Shown: piece by piece, positions 15,741 through 24,448 of the stretch
Layout of the letters: each line of letters opens with the position of its first letter
Position numbering within the stretch: position 1 is the first letter of the stretch
Origin: Acholeplasma laidlawii PG-8A
Lineage (GTDB): Bacteria; Bacillota_I; Bacilli_A; Acholeplasmatales; Acholeplasmataceae
Direction: 5' to 3'
Length of the DNA: 32,000 nt
NCBI RefSeq assembly: GCF_000018785.1
Contig: NC_010163.1
Location: 210,001-242,000, forward strand
Translations under genes and position numbers: made by a program
Notes under the pieces: model-generated
Seen by the model: the letters and a program-made list of their open reading frames with translations, nothing else
Told to the model about the DNA's origin: nothing
Databases searched by the model: none

Positions 15741-17579
15741 ATGCAACATCAAGAACAAGAAAACGAAATTAAAAAAGTATCACTTCCTGTTTGGGGTAGA
15801 TTATTTAAAATAATATTAAAAGATAAACGTAGTTTTATCATCATGATTTCTATTGGTGTATTTGTTGCACTTCTAGATGCACTCACTGTAGTCATTCAAC
15901 AATATGCACTAGATACATTTATTGAAAAAGGTGATTATACATTCTTTACTCAGTACACAATTCTAAACATCCTTGTTGCACTAGGGTTTGGTTTAGGGAT
16001 TTGGGGTTTTATTTACCAAAGTGGAAAAATTGAAGCCAATGTCAATTACCTATTAAGAAAAGAAGCGTTTAGAACACTTCAAAGATTGCCATTCTCATAC
16101 TATGATAAAACCCCACAGGGTTGGATCATGGCTCGTATGACAAGTGACTCAAAAAGGCTTGCTAACATCATTTCATGGGGTATCGTTGATGTCATTTGGT
16201 CACTGCTACTTATGATATTTACACTAACCATTCTTTATTTTTATTTTTGGAAATTAGCAATCATTGTGACACTTGCAATACCTATGATGTTTCTAGTTAC
16301 ATTGCTATTTAGAAAGCGTGTATTAAAAAGACACCGTCAAGCAAGACACTATAACTCTGAGATTACCGCAAAATATTCTGAAAGTTTTCATGGTGCTAAA
16401 ACATCTAAGTCCCTCGTTATTGAATCTGAAAACCTAAATGAATTTAAACAAACAACAAACAAGATGTATAAGGCAAGTGTTAAAGCGCAAAGCCTATCAG
16501 CAATGTATTCTGCTGTATTATTACTCGCTTGTTATATCTTTGTAGCGATTGTCATGTATACGGGTTCAAGCTTTACCATTGAAGGTGCAATCACCATCGG
16601 GGTAGTATACTTATTCATTAGATCAACAGTGAGTTTCTTTGATCCAATTATTAACTTATCTAACTTTATTTCCCAACTCCAACAAGCACAAGCAAGTGCA
16701 GAACGTATCTTAGAGCTTATTATGACAGAATCTCAAATTAAAGATAGTGATGAAGTCGTATCTAAATACGGGGACTGGTTTCATAAGAAAAAAGAAAATT
16801 GGGAACCACTTAATGGTGATATTGAATTCAAAGATGTTACATTCTCATACAATGAAAATGAAATCATCTTAGATAACTTTAATATAAACATAAAAGCAGG
16901 TATGAGTGTTGCATTAGTGGGACATACAGGTAGTGGTAAGACAACCATTGTAAACTTAATCTCAAGATTTTACGAACCAACTCAAGGTCAAATCTTATTA
17001 GATGGCGTAGACTATAAAGATAGAAGTATCTCATGGCTACATGAGAAATTAGGCTATGTATTACAATCACCACATCTATTTTCAACAACCATTCTAGAAA
17101 ATATCCGTTATGGACGTTTAGATGCAACAGATGAAGAAGTCATTGAAGCCTCAAAAGCAATCGGATTACATCCGTTTGTAGAAAAATTAGAAAACGGCTA
17201 CCAAACACATGTAGGTGAAGGTGGTGGCTTGCTTTCTATGGGACAAAAACAGCTCATCTCGTTTGCTAGAGCAATCCTTGCAGAACCAAGTATCTTAATT
17301 TTGGATGAGGCAACTTCATCGATTGATAGTGAAGCAGAATCATTAATTCAAGATGCTACTAAGAAATTATTAAAAGGGCGTACGAGTTTAATCGTTGCTC
17401 ATAGATTATCAACGATTGTAGACTCTGATTTAATTGTCATGTTAGATCAAGGTAAGATTACTGAACAAGGTACTCACCATGAACTGTTATTAAAACGAGG
17501 GGCTTACTACGATCTTTATAGAAATCAATTTTTAGAAGAAAAATCAAAAGTTTATGAAGCTGAAATGAATAAACTATAA
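15741..17579 (+). CDS. ABC transporter ATP-binding/permease protein (type I exporter half-transporter, consensus-site subunit)
   Basis: TMD plus NBD. Walker A is GHTGSGKTT and Walker B ILILDE is canonical. The signature is deviant: LSMGQ (17232-17246). ATG 15741 has a GGAGGG SD 8 nt upstream. The ORF-track TTG 15723 is unlikely to be the start. Confidence 0.9.
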   Translation: MQHQEQENEIKKVSLPVWGRLFKIILKDKRSFIIMISIGVFVALLDALTVVIQQYALDTFIEKGDYTFFTQYTILNILVALGFGLGIWGFIYQSGKIEANVNYLLRKEAFRTLQRLPFSYYDKTPQGWIMARMTSDSKRLANIISWGIVDVIWSLLLMIFTLTILYFYFWKLAIIVTLAIPMMFLVTLLFRKRVLKRHRQARHYNSEITAKYSESFHGAKTSKSLVIESENLNEFKQTTNKMYKASVKAQSLSAMYSAVLLLACYIFVAIVMYTGSSFTIEGAITIGVVYLFIRSTVSFFDPIINLSNFISQLQQAQASAERILELIMTESQIKDSDEVVSKYGDWFHKKKENWEPLNGDIEFKDVTFSYNENEIILDNFNINIKAGMSVALVGHTGSGKTTIVNLISRFYEPTQGQILLDGVDYKDRSISWLHEKLGYVLQSPHLFSTTILENIRYGRLDATDEEVIEASKAIGLHPFVEKLENGYQTHVGEGGGLLSMGQKQLISFARAILAEPSILILDEATSSIDSEAESLIQDATKKLLKGRTSLIVAHRLSTIVDSDLIVMLDQGKITEQGTHHELLLKRGAYYDLYRNQFLEEKSKVYEAEMNKL

Positions 17580-17588
17580 AATAAAAGT

Positions 17589-17647
17589 AAAAAGACAGTA
17601 TGTTTCCTACTATATAATAGGAGGTAAAAAACATGCTGTCTTTTTTT
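17589..17647 (+). terminator. terminator-like two-tier hairpin that contains the SD and AUG of the downstream gene
   Basis: The outer stem has 14 bp (17589-17602 / 17632-17645, one G-U) and is followed by T7. The inner stem has 7 bp (17603-17609 / 17618-17624) and pairs TTTCCTA with the SD region TAGGAGG. ATG 17633 lies in the outer stem. Confidence 0.55.
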
Positions 17648-19699
17648 AATCTACTTATGAATATTGCTATTTTATGGACCAATGAAGTGATTTTAATGCC
17701 TATTGGAGCATCACTGGATAAGTATAAGAATTTGCCCGAGGCTACTTTATATGTAAATGATGAAGTTGCAGTAGATAAATTAATGTATTATGAATATGAA
17801 ATCAACTACACAAGTTTTAGCGTCATTAGAACCCATGTAGTAGGTACGTACACGGTTTGGTACCGAGCGCACTTTCCTACCTTAGGATTTGAAAGTGAAG
17901 TAGCTATTACTTTTATTGTCAAGGATACGATGCCACCAACGATAACTGGTCCTATGGATTTTTATGTAGATGTTGGAACTAAATCCATTGATTATAAAAC
18001 ACTTATTAACTATACAGATAACTATACGGTAGATAAGGATTTAATTTTAAACATCTATGCTGGTCAAGTGAACTTGAATCAACTGGGTAGTTATCAAGTG
18101 ACATACAGTGTAAAAGATAAAGCATTTAATGAATCGATTTGGGTAACAACTATCCATGTAGTAGATAATGTAAAACCCGTAATCAAGCAAAAAGCGGGTA
18201 TCACAATTTTAATAGGAGAGGCCTTAAATTTAGATAAGTTTTTTACCTTTAGTGATAACTATGACACTGTGCTTGATGTAAGTTATGATGATACATTGAT
18301 CCACTATCAAAATCCCGGAAGCTATCCTTTATCAGTTACTGTAAAAGATCAATCAGGAAATGAAGTCACTGTAGATGTTCAAGTACAAGTAGTCGACACA
18401 ACAAGTCCGGTTATTGTATTAAAAACGAACAATATAAAGGTAAATTACTTAACCGACCTCACTAATGATTATCTAAGGTCCTTTATCATAGATGTTAAAG
18501 ATAATGTGGATAGTTTAAACATAGAAGATGTTTTAATAACAAGCTACATCGATACCCACATACTTGGTAAATATGAAGTGATTTATAACATAAGAGATTC
18601 AAATAGCTTAATAGGAGAAGCAAAACTTGCTGTTGAAGTTATAGATAACGAAGCACCTAAAGTAAGTATGAGAGAAGATATTTATGTTGATGTACATAGT
18701 TTAGAGCCATATATTTATGACTACTTAATCATTGAAGATAACTACAACAAATTAGAAGATTTAACAATCACTAAAACAGGAAGTATCACGATGTCAAAGT
18801 TGGGTGCTTACCGGGTCATTATAAAAGTAGTTGATCAAGCAAAAAATGTGGCAGAGTATCCAGTGATTGTAAACGTCATTGACCAGATAGCACCAGTCTT
18901 AAAAGTACCTAGTGAACTTATGATAACAAACTTTTTAAGACCGGACTATCTAAAAATAATCGAAGTCAAAGACAATTATGATAAGGATATAGTAGTTATC
19001 ATAGAAGATGCTGATATGAACTATAAAGAGCTTGGTGAACACCAAGTTACAATACGTGCTATAGATAGTTCTTTAAATGAAACAGTAGAACACATAGTGA
19101 TTAAAATCATTGATTTAAGTTATCCTGAAATTATTTTAAAGACACATCAGGTATATCTTCCTTACGGTGTAGATAGTGTTGACTATCTATCGTATGTAGA
19201 AAGTGTGTTTGACAGTTATGATAAAGATTTATCTATCTTTGATATAAAATATAAGTCTACTTTAGATTTTAATAAAGTGGGCTTATATCAGGTGATATAT
19301 GAGTTAACTGATAAATCGAATAATGTAGGAACACAACTACTTTATATCTACTTAACTGATTTTGAAAAACCAGTGATTGAAGCAACCCATATCACCATCA
19401 AAAAAGGTGCATACTTTAACTATAAAGATCATGTAACTGCTTATGATAACTATGATGGTGATATATCTAATTTAGTTAAAATGAACCCGCAATTTGTACC
19501 TATCCAACAAGTGGGTTACTATGAAATACTATTTTATGTACATGATTCATCCGGAAATTACTCAGAAATTAAAGTCTTACTCACCATAGAAGCTACAAAT
19601 GATGTAATGGATTACATATATTATATTGTTGGTGGTGTAATTATTTTAGGTAGTATCATAATTTACTACATATACATCAAAAAACGTGAAAATATCTAG
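17633..19699 (+). CDS. membrane-anchored surface protein with ~8 tandem Ig-like (DUF5011-type) domains
   Basis: AGGAGG SD 8 nt upstream. The N-terminus is hydrophobic. Repeated ~77-83-aa modules each end in V.V.D...P.I and contain DNYD...G.Y.V.Y...D..GN. A single C-terminal TM helix (YIYYIVGGVIILGSIIIYYIYI) is followed by KKRENI. Confidence 0.8.
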   Translation: MLSFFNLLMNIAILWTNEVILMPIGASLDKYKNLPEATLYVNDEVAVDKLMYYEYEINYTSFSVIRTHVVGTYTVWYRAHFPTLGFESEVAITFIVKDTMPPTITGPMDFYVDVGTKSIDYKTLINYTDNYTVDKDLILNIYAGQVNLNQLGSYQVTYSVKDKAFNESIWVTTIHVVDNVKPVIKQKAGITILIGEALNLDKFFTFSDNYDTVLDVSYDDTLIHYQNPGSYPLSVTVKDQSGNEVTVDVQVQVVDTTSPVIVLKTNNIKVNYLTDLTNDYLRSFIIDVKDNVDSLNIEDVLITSYIDTHILGKYEVIYNIRDSNSLIGEAKLAVEVIDNEAPKVSMREDIYVDVHSLEPYIYDYLIIEDNYNKLEDLTITKTGSITMSKLGAYRVIIKVVDQAKNVAEYPVIVNVIDQIAPVLKVPSELMITNFLRPDYLKIIEVKDNYDKDIVVIIEDADMNYKELGEHQVTIRAIDSSLNETVEHIVIKIIDLSYPEIILKTHQVYLPYGVDSVDYLSYVESVFDSYDKDLSIFDIKYKSTLDFNKVGLYQVIYELTDKSNNVGTQLLYIYLTDFEKPVIEATHITIKKGAYFNYKDHVTAYDNYDGDISNLVKMNPQFVPIQQVGYYEILFYVHDSSGNYSEIKVLLTIEATNDVMDYIYYIVGGVIILGSIIIYYIYIKKRENI
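17924..19591 (+). repeat. seven clear tandem protein-level repeats (period 77-83 codons), plus a degenerate eighth upstream
   Basis: The boundary motif D-x-x-x-P occurs at residues 98, 178, 255, 338, 417, 494 and 576. The repeats are diverged at the DNA level. Confidence 0.7.
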
Positions 19700-19754
19700 T
19701 ATTTTTAGTATAATATGAACTAGTATAATAATGAATGTAGAAAGTGTGTATGAT

Positions 19755-20180
19755 ATGGCAATTTTAGTTGTATACTGGACCGGAACAGGGAATACAGAAG
19801 TCATGGCTAAGAATATCTATGATGGTATTATCGCTGCAGGGGTTGAAGCAGATTTAAAACAAATAGATGATTGTTTAGCAGATGATATTTTAAATTATGA
19901 AAAAGTGGCAATTGGTTGTCCATCTATGGGTATTGAAGAGTTGGAACCTGAAGAATTCTTACCATGGTATGAAGAAGTAGAACCTATTTTAGGTGATATG
20001 CCACTACTCTTATTTGGTTCTTATGGTTGGGGCGAAGGTGAATGGATGGATTACTGGGAAGAGCGTGTACACGATCTTGGCTTAAACCTTTTTGAAAAGG
20101 GTATAAAAATTGCATCCATGCCATCAAGAAAAGAATCAGAAGAGATTAAAGAGATTGCTAAAAGATTTGCTCAAAGCTAA
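19755..20180 (+). CDS. flavodoxin (short-chain)
   Basis: MAILVVYWTGTGNTEVMA...FGSYGWGEGEWM matches the short-chain flavodoxin pattern from residue 1. The ORF-track ATG 19731 sits 1 nt after a TATAAT box and lacks an SD. ATG 19755 has GAAAGTG 8 nt upstream. Confidence 0.85.
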   Translation: MAILVVYWTGTGNTEVMAKNIYDGIIAAGVEADLKQIDDCLADDILNYEKVAIGCPSMGIEELEPEEFLPWYEEVEPILGDMPLLLFGSYGWGEGEWMDYWEERVHDLGLNLFEKGIKIASMPSRKESEEIKEIAKRFAQS

Positions 20181-20200
20181 AAGGATTTTAATCCTTTTTT
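20179..20200 (+). terminator. weak intrinsic terminator after flavodoxin
   Basis: AAAAGGAT / ATCCTTTT stem (8 bp, only 2 G-C pairs) with a 4-nt loop, running into a T-run. Confidence 0.4.
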
Positions 20201-20239
20201 GCTATTTTAGGTATAATAGTAATATGAGGTGTGACTAAT

Positions 20240-23179
20240 TTGATTGGATCGCTATATACGCAAAGTTCATATTCTATCTTAAAATCTACGCTCCATCTGG
20301 AGACTATTTTTAAGCATGCAAAACAGGAAAACCTAGACTTTGTAGCAATTACTGATGATAATAATTTACACGGTTTATATAAAGCTTTAGTCTTAAGTAA
20401 AAAATATCAAATACCTTTAATTTTAGGATTTCAAAAAACATTTAAAGTACTTGGTTATGATTTAGATTTACTCATCTATGCACAAAATGATGAAGCATTA
20501 AAATCACTGATTGAATTAAACTCATTAACAGCTAGAACACCGGATATACCATTTGAATCCTGTGTTCAACTATTAAATAAGTTGATCATTGTTTTACCAA
20601 GTACTCAAAGTTTTATCTACCAACATTATGAGATGAGTGAGCGTATTTATGAAGTTATTTCTTCATTACATAAATCACTAAAAAACTTCTATTTAGGACT
20701 GGGTAATGCAACAGATTTTGAAGTTGATAAGATAACACCTATTTTGAAGAAAATCGCCTTAAATGAAGATTTAAAGTATTTACCTACATATCAACAAAGT
20801 TATGAGGATGAAGAAAATAAAACAACTTATGACATTGTAAATACAATTAAAGATAGTCAGTTTAAATCATTAAATGTTTCCATGCATTTATTGAGTAAAA
20901 ATGAATTAGTTAAAAAATATGAACAAGAAAAGAATATATTTAAAAACGTAGACGCTGTCTTTGGTCGTGTAAACTATACGTATTTAGATAATACCCAAAG
21001 CCTACCTGTTTTTCCAACAAAGGATAATGTTGAAAGCCATATTTATTTATATGCACTTGCACATAAAGGACTAGAAAAAAGGTTGGAAAATAGTGGTGTT
21101 AGAAAATCAACCGACTATATTCAAAGATTAAATGAAGAATTAGAAGTTATACACCAAATGGGTTATGACGATTACTTTTTAATTGTCTATGATTTTGTAA
21201 GGTTTGCTAAAACAAACGATATATTAGTTGGTCCCGGTCGTGGTAGTGCGGCAGGTAGTTTGGTTGCCTACTGCTTAGGTATTACAGAAGTAGATCCCAT
21301 ACAATATGATTTATTATTTGAACGTTTCTTAAACATCGATAGAAAATCCATGCCGGATATCGATTTAGATTTTCCAGATGTTAAAAGAGATTTAGTGATT
21401 GACTATGTTAAAGAAAAATATGGACTTAATCATGTTGTAACGATGACTACATTTACAAACTTAACAACCAAAACATCCATGCGTGATATTGCAAGACAAA
21501 TGAATTTAAGTCAAGAACGTATTAATGCAATTATTGCAAGTCACACCAAGGGTATCTTAGATGAAAGTGATAGAGAAGCACAAAAATTAGTTAAAGTAGC
21601 TTCTACAATTGAAGGTATACCTCGTCAAACAGGGACCCATCCAGCAGGTATCATCTTATCTAAACAAGACTTAACTACTTTAGTACCGTTAATGAATGGT
21701 CCTAAAGATATATATCAATCTCAATTGGAGGCGAGTGATCTAGAGTCACTTGGATTCTTAAAAATTGATTTTCTAGGCTTAAAGAATCTAACCATGATTG
21801 AAGATATATTAAAGTTAGAACAAAACAAATTAAAATTATCTGACATGCCTTTAGATGATAAAAAGACATTTGAATTACTATCCAATGCCGATGTAGAAGG
21901 TGTCTTTCAACTAGAATCTCAAGGTATGAGAAATGTGATTAGAAAGTTAAGACCGTCTCACTTTGAAGATATTGTTGCATTACTTGCATTATTTAGGCCG
22001 GGGCCGATGCAGTTTATCGATGATTATATAAAGAGGCGACATGGTGATACATATGAAAAGTTAGATAGTGATATTGATGAAATCTTAAAACCTACGTATG
22101 GGATTATTGTCTATCAAGAACAGATCATGAAAATCTTTCAAGTGTATGCGGGCTATAAACTAAGTGAAGCAGATATTATAAGACGTGCGATTTCTAAGAA
22201 GAATAGAGATATGATTGATAGAGAAAAGGCGCGGTTTATAGAAAAATCCGTACGACTAAATCGTGATGCCGAAACTGCTGAAAAAATCTATAATCACATA
22301 GAAAAATTTGCTGATTACGGATTTAACAGAAGTCATAGTGTGGCATACGCATTTATCGCTTATTACATGGCATATTTAAAAACACACTATTATGCATCCT
22401 TTATATCCGTGCTTATGAGTCAAAACACTTCAAACACTGCCTACTTAAAAGAGTTAGTGCTTGATGCTCAAAATAAAGGTTTAGTTGTTTATCCACCAAA
22501 CATTAATTTATCAAAATTAGACTTTATACCTTATAAATCAGGTATCTTAGCTCCGCTTACGATGATTAAAGGCATTGGTTTAACAACAGCTAAAAAAATA
22601 GTTGAACTTCAACCATTTGATTCGTATGATCATTTTAAAGAAAAAGTGTTTAAGGTATTAAATGAAAAATCTATTGAAATCTTAATTCATGCAAATGCAT
22701 TAGATGTCTTTGGTCTGAATCATAAAGAACTCTTAGATCAAAATAATTTAAATCAAACAGGATTTGAACAGTTTTTAGATGATTATAAGAAAACAAGGTT
22801 AGAAGAATTGCCGTTTAATACACTGAAGGAAAAAGAGATTGAAGTCTTAGGGTTTAATTTGAAATATTTAAAGGATGAAGTACTCATACGTTTAAATGAA
22901 ACACACAAATTAAAGCCATTATCACTAAAAGAACAGTCAATTCGCACCATTGGTATGATAGAAAGTGTTAAAATAATAACAACTAAAAAAGGTGATGAAA
23001 TGGCATTTATTACCTTTAGTAATGGTATAAGTTTAGATTTAACCGTATTTCCAAATCAATATAAGTCATATAAAGAACTACTAAGTGATACCTATGTTTA
23101 TATTGAAGCAACAAAGGATCAAACCCAAGCAGTAGAAAATAAATATATTATAAATAAAATAAAGAAAGTTAAGGTGTAG
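20240..23179 (+). CDS. dnaE: DNA polymerase III alpha subunit (DnaE type)
   Basis: Full-length DnaE-like protein: PHP region, palm (GPGRGSAAGSLV, PDIDLDF), fingers and a C-terminal OB domain. TTG 20240 has a GAGGTG SD 8 nt upstream. The ORF-track GTG 20231 overlaps that SD. Confidence 0.9.
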   Translation: MIGSLYTQSSYSILKSTLHLETIFKHAKQENLDFVAITDDNNLHGLYKALVLSKKYQIPLILGFQKTFKVLGYDLDLLIYAQNDEALKSLIELNSLTARTPDIPFESCVQLLNKLIIVLPSTQSFIYQHYEMSERIYEVISSLHKSLKNFYLGLGNATDFEVDKITPILKKIALNEDLKYLPTYQQSYEDEENKTTYDIVNTIKDSQFKSLNVSMHLLSKNELVKKYEQEKNIFKNVDAVFGRVNYTYLDNTQSLPVFPTKDNVESHIYLYALAHKGLEKRLENSGVRKSTDYIQRLNEELEVIHQMGYDDYFLIVYDFVRFAKTNDILVGPGRGSAAGSLVAYCLGITEVDPIQYDLLFERFLNIDRKSMPDIDLDFPDVKRDLVIDYVKEKYGLNHVVTMTTFTNLTTKTSMRDIARQMNLSQERINAIIASHTKGILDESDREAQKLVKVASTIEGIPRQTGTHPAGIILSKQDLTTLVPLMNGPKDIYQSQLEASDLESLGFLKIDFLGLKNLTMIEDILKLEQNKLKLSDMPLDDKKTFELLSNADVEGVFQLESQGMRNVIRKLRPSHFEDIVALLALFRPGPMQFIDDYIKRRHGDTYEKLDSDIDEILKPTYGIIVYQEQIMKIFQVYAGYKLSEADIIRRAISKKNRDMIDREKARFIEKSVRLNRDAETAEKIYNHIEKFADYGFNRSHSVAYAFIAYYMAYLKTHYYASFISVLMSQNTSNTAYLKELVLDAQNKGLVVYPPNINLSKLDFIPYKSGILAPLTMIKGIGLTTAKKIVELQPFDSYDHFKEKVFKVLNEKSIEILIHANALDVFGLNHKELLDQNNLNQTGFEQFLDDYKKTRLEELPFNTLKEKEIEVLGFNLKYLKDEVLIRLNETHKLKPLSLKEQSIRTIGMIESVKIITTKKGDEMAFITFSNGISLDLTVFPNQYKSYKELLSDTYVYIEATKDQTQAVENKYIINKIKKVKV

Positions 23180-23182
23180 AAC

Positions 23183-24418
23183 ATGCCAAACAAAATATTA
23201 TTAGAAAAATATGCAAGACTTGCTGTAGTTACAGGTGCAAACGTACAACCTGGTCAAGTAGTTGTCTTACGTACATCAACAGAAGCTGTTGAATTAACAA
23301 GAGAAGTAGCAAAACAAGCTTATATCGCTGGTGCTAAAAAAGTACATATCATTTGGGGTGATGAAATTGTTTCTAAACACTCATATGATTATGCAACAAC
23401 AGAAAATTTAAAAGAAATGCCACAATGGTCTATTGATCAATACAAATATTATGTAGATCAAAATGCAGCATTCATTTCTATTGTTTCACCAATTCCTAAT
23501 GCATTAGCTGGTGTTGATAGCAAGAAAATGCAAGAAGTAATGATTGAATCTTCAAAAATGCTTAAGTTCTTTAGAGAACACACGATGGGTAACAAATCAC
23601 AATGGACAATTGTTGCTGCATCTAATCCAAGCTGGGCTAAAAAATTATTCCCTAATTTACAAGTTGAAAATGGTATTGAGAAATTATGGGATGCAATCTT
23701 TAATGCATGTAGAGTAAGAATTGATAATGATCCAGTTCAAGATTGGGTTAAACATAATGAATACTTAGCAAGAAATAATAAAATATTAAATGATGCTAAC
23801 TTTAAAAATTTACATTTCACAAACAGTTTAGGTACAGACCTTATTGTTGAACTTATCCAAGACCATGTTTGGGCTGGTGGTAGTGAAAAAGCTGGTAACG
23901 GTGTAGTATTTAACCCAAATATTCCAACTGAAGAATCCTTTACAATGCCATACAAATTTGGTACTCAAGGTAAAGTAGTAGCAACTAAACCATTAAATAA
24001 CTCAGGTGTAATTATTGAAGATTTCTGGTTAGAATTTAAAGATGGTAAAGTCGTTGATTTTGATGCTCGTGTAGAAAAAGACGCATTAAAGAATATCTTA
24101 GACTTTGATGCAAACTCAAGATACATTGGTGAAATTGCACTTATTTCACACAACTCACCAATATCAAATATGGATATCTTATTCTTAAACACTTTATTTG
24201 ATGAAAACGCAAGTTGCCATATGGCACTTGGTCGTGCATATCCAATGAACATTAAAAATGGTAACCAAACACCAATTGAAGAACTAGAAAAGAAGGGTTA
24301 CAATAATTCTATGACACACGTTGACTTCATGTTTGGTTCTAAAGACTTAAAAATTGTAGGTACAAAACAAGACGGTACTAAAGTTGTAGTCTTTGAAGAC
24401 GGTAATTTTGTTATTTAA
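23183..24418 (+). CDS. aminopeptidase, M29 (AmpS/PepS/aminopeptidase T) family
   Basis: 411 aa. The N-terminus LEKYARLAVVTGANVQPGQ, and later EESFT, GEIALISH and HMALG, are typical of the M29 family. AAGGTG SD. Confidence 0.85.
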   Translation: MPNKILLEKYARLAVVTGANVQPGQVVVLRTSTEAVELTREVAKQAYIAGAKKVHIIWGDEIVSKHSYDYATTENLKEMPQWSIDQYKYYVDQNAAFISIVSPIPNALAGVDSKKMQEVMIESSKMLKFFREHTMGNKSQWTIVAASNPSWAKKLFPNLQVENGIEKLWDAIFNACRVRIDNDPVQDWVKHNEYLARNNKILNDANFKNLHFTNSLGTDLIVELIQDHVWAGGSEKAGNGVVFNPNIPTEESFTMPYKFGTQGKVVATKPLNNSGVIIEDFWLEFKDGKVVDFDARVEKDALKNILDFDANSRYIGEIALISHNSPISNMDILFLNTLFDENASCHMALGRAYPMNIKNGNQTPIEELEKKGYNNSMTHVDFMFGSKDLKIVGTKQDGTKVVVFEDGNFVI

Positions 24419-24448
24419 CACATAAAGTAGAGCCTTGAAGCACATAGT

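Noticed and set aside
19697-19729. TAGTAT / TAGTATAAT / TAGTATAAT repeated three times (19697, 19706, 19721) upstream of flavodoxin.
   Set aside because: Most simply these are tandem -10-like boxes in AT-rich promoter DNA. They are too short to call a repeat element. I used them only to argue for the 19755 start over 19731.
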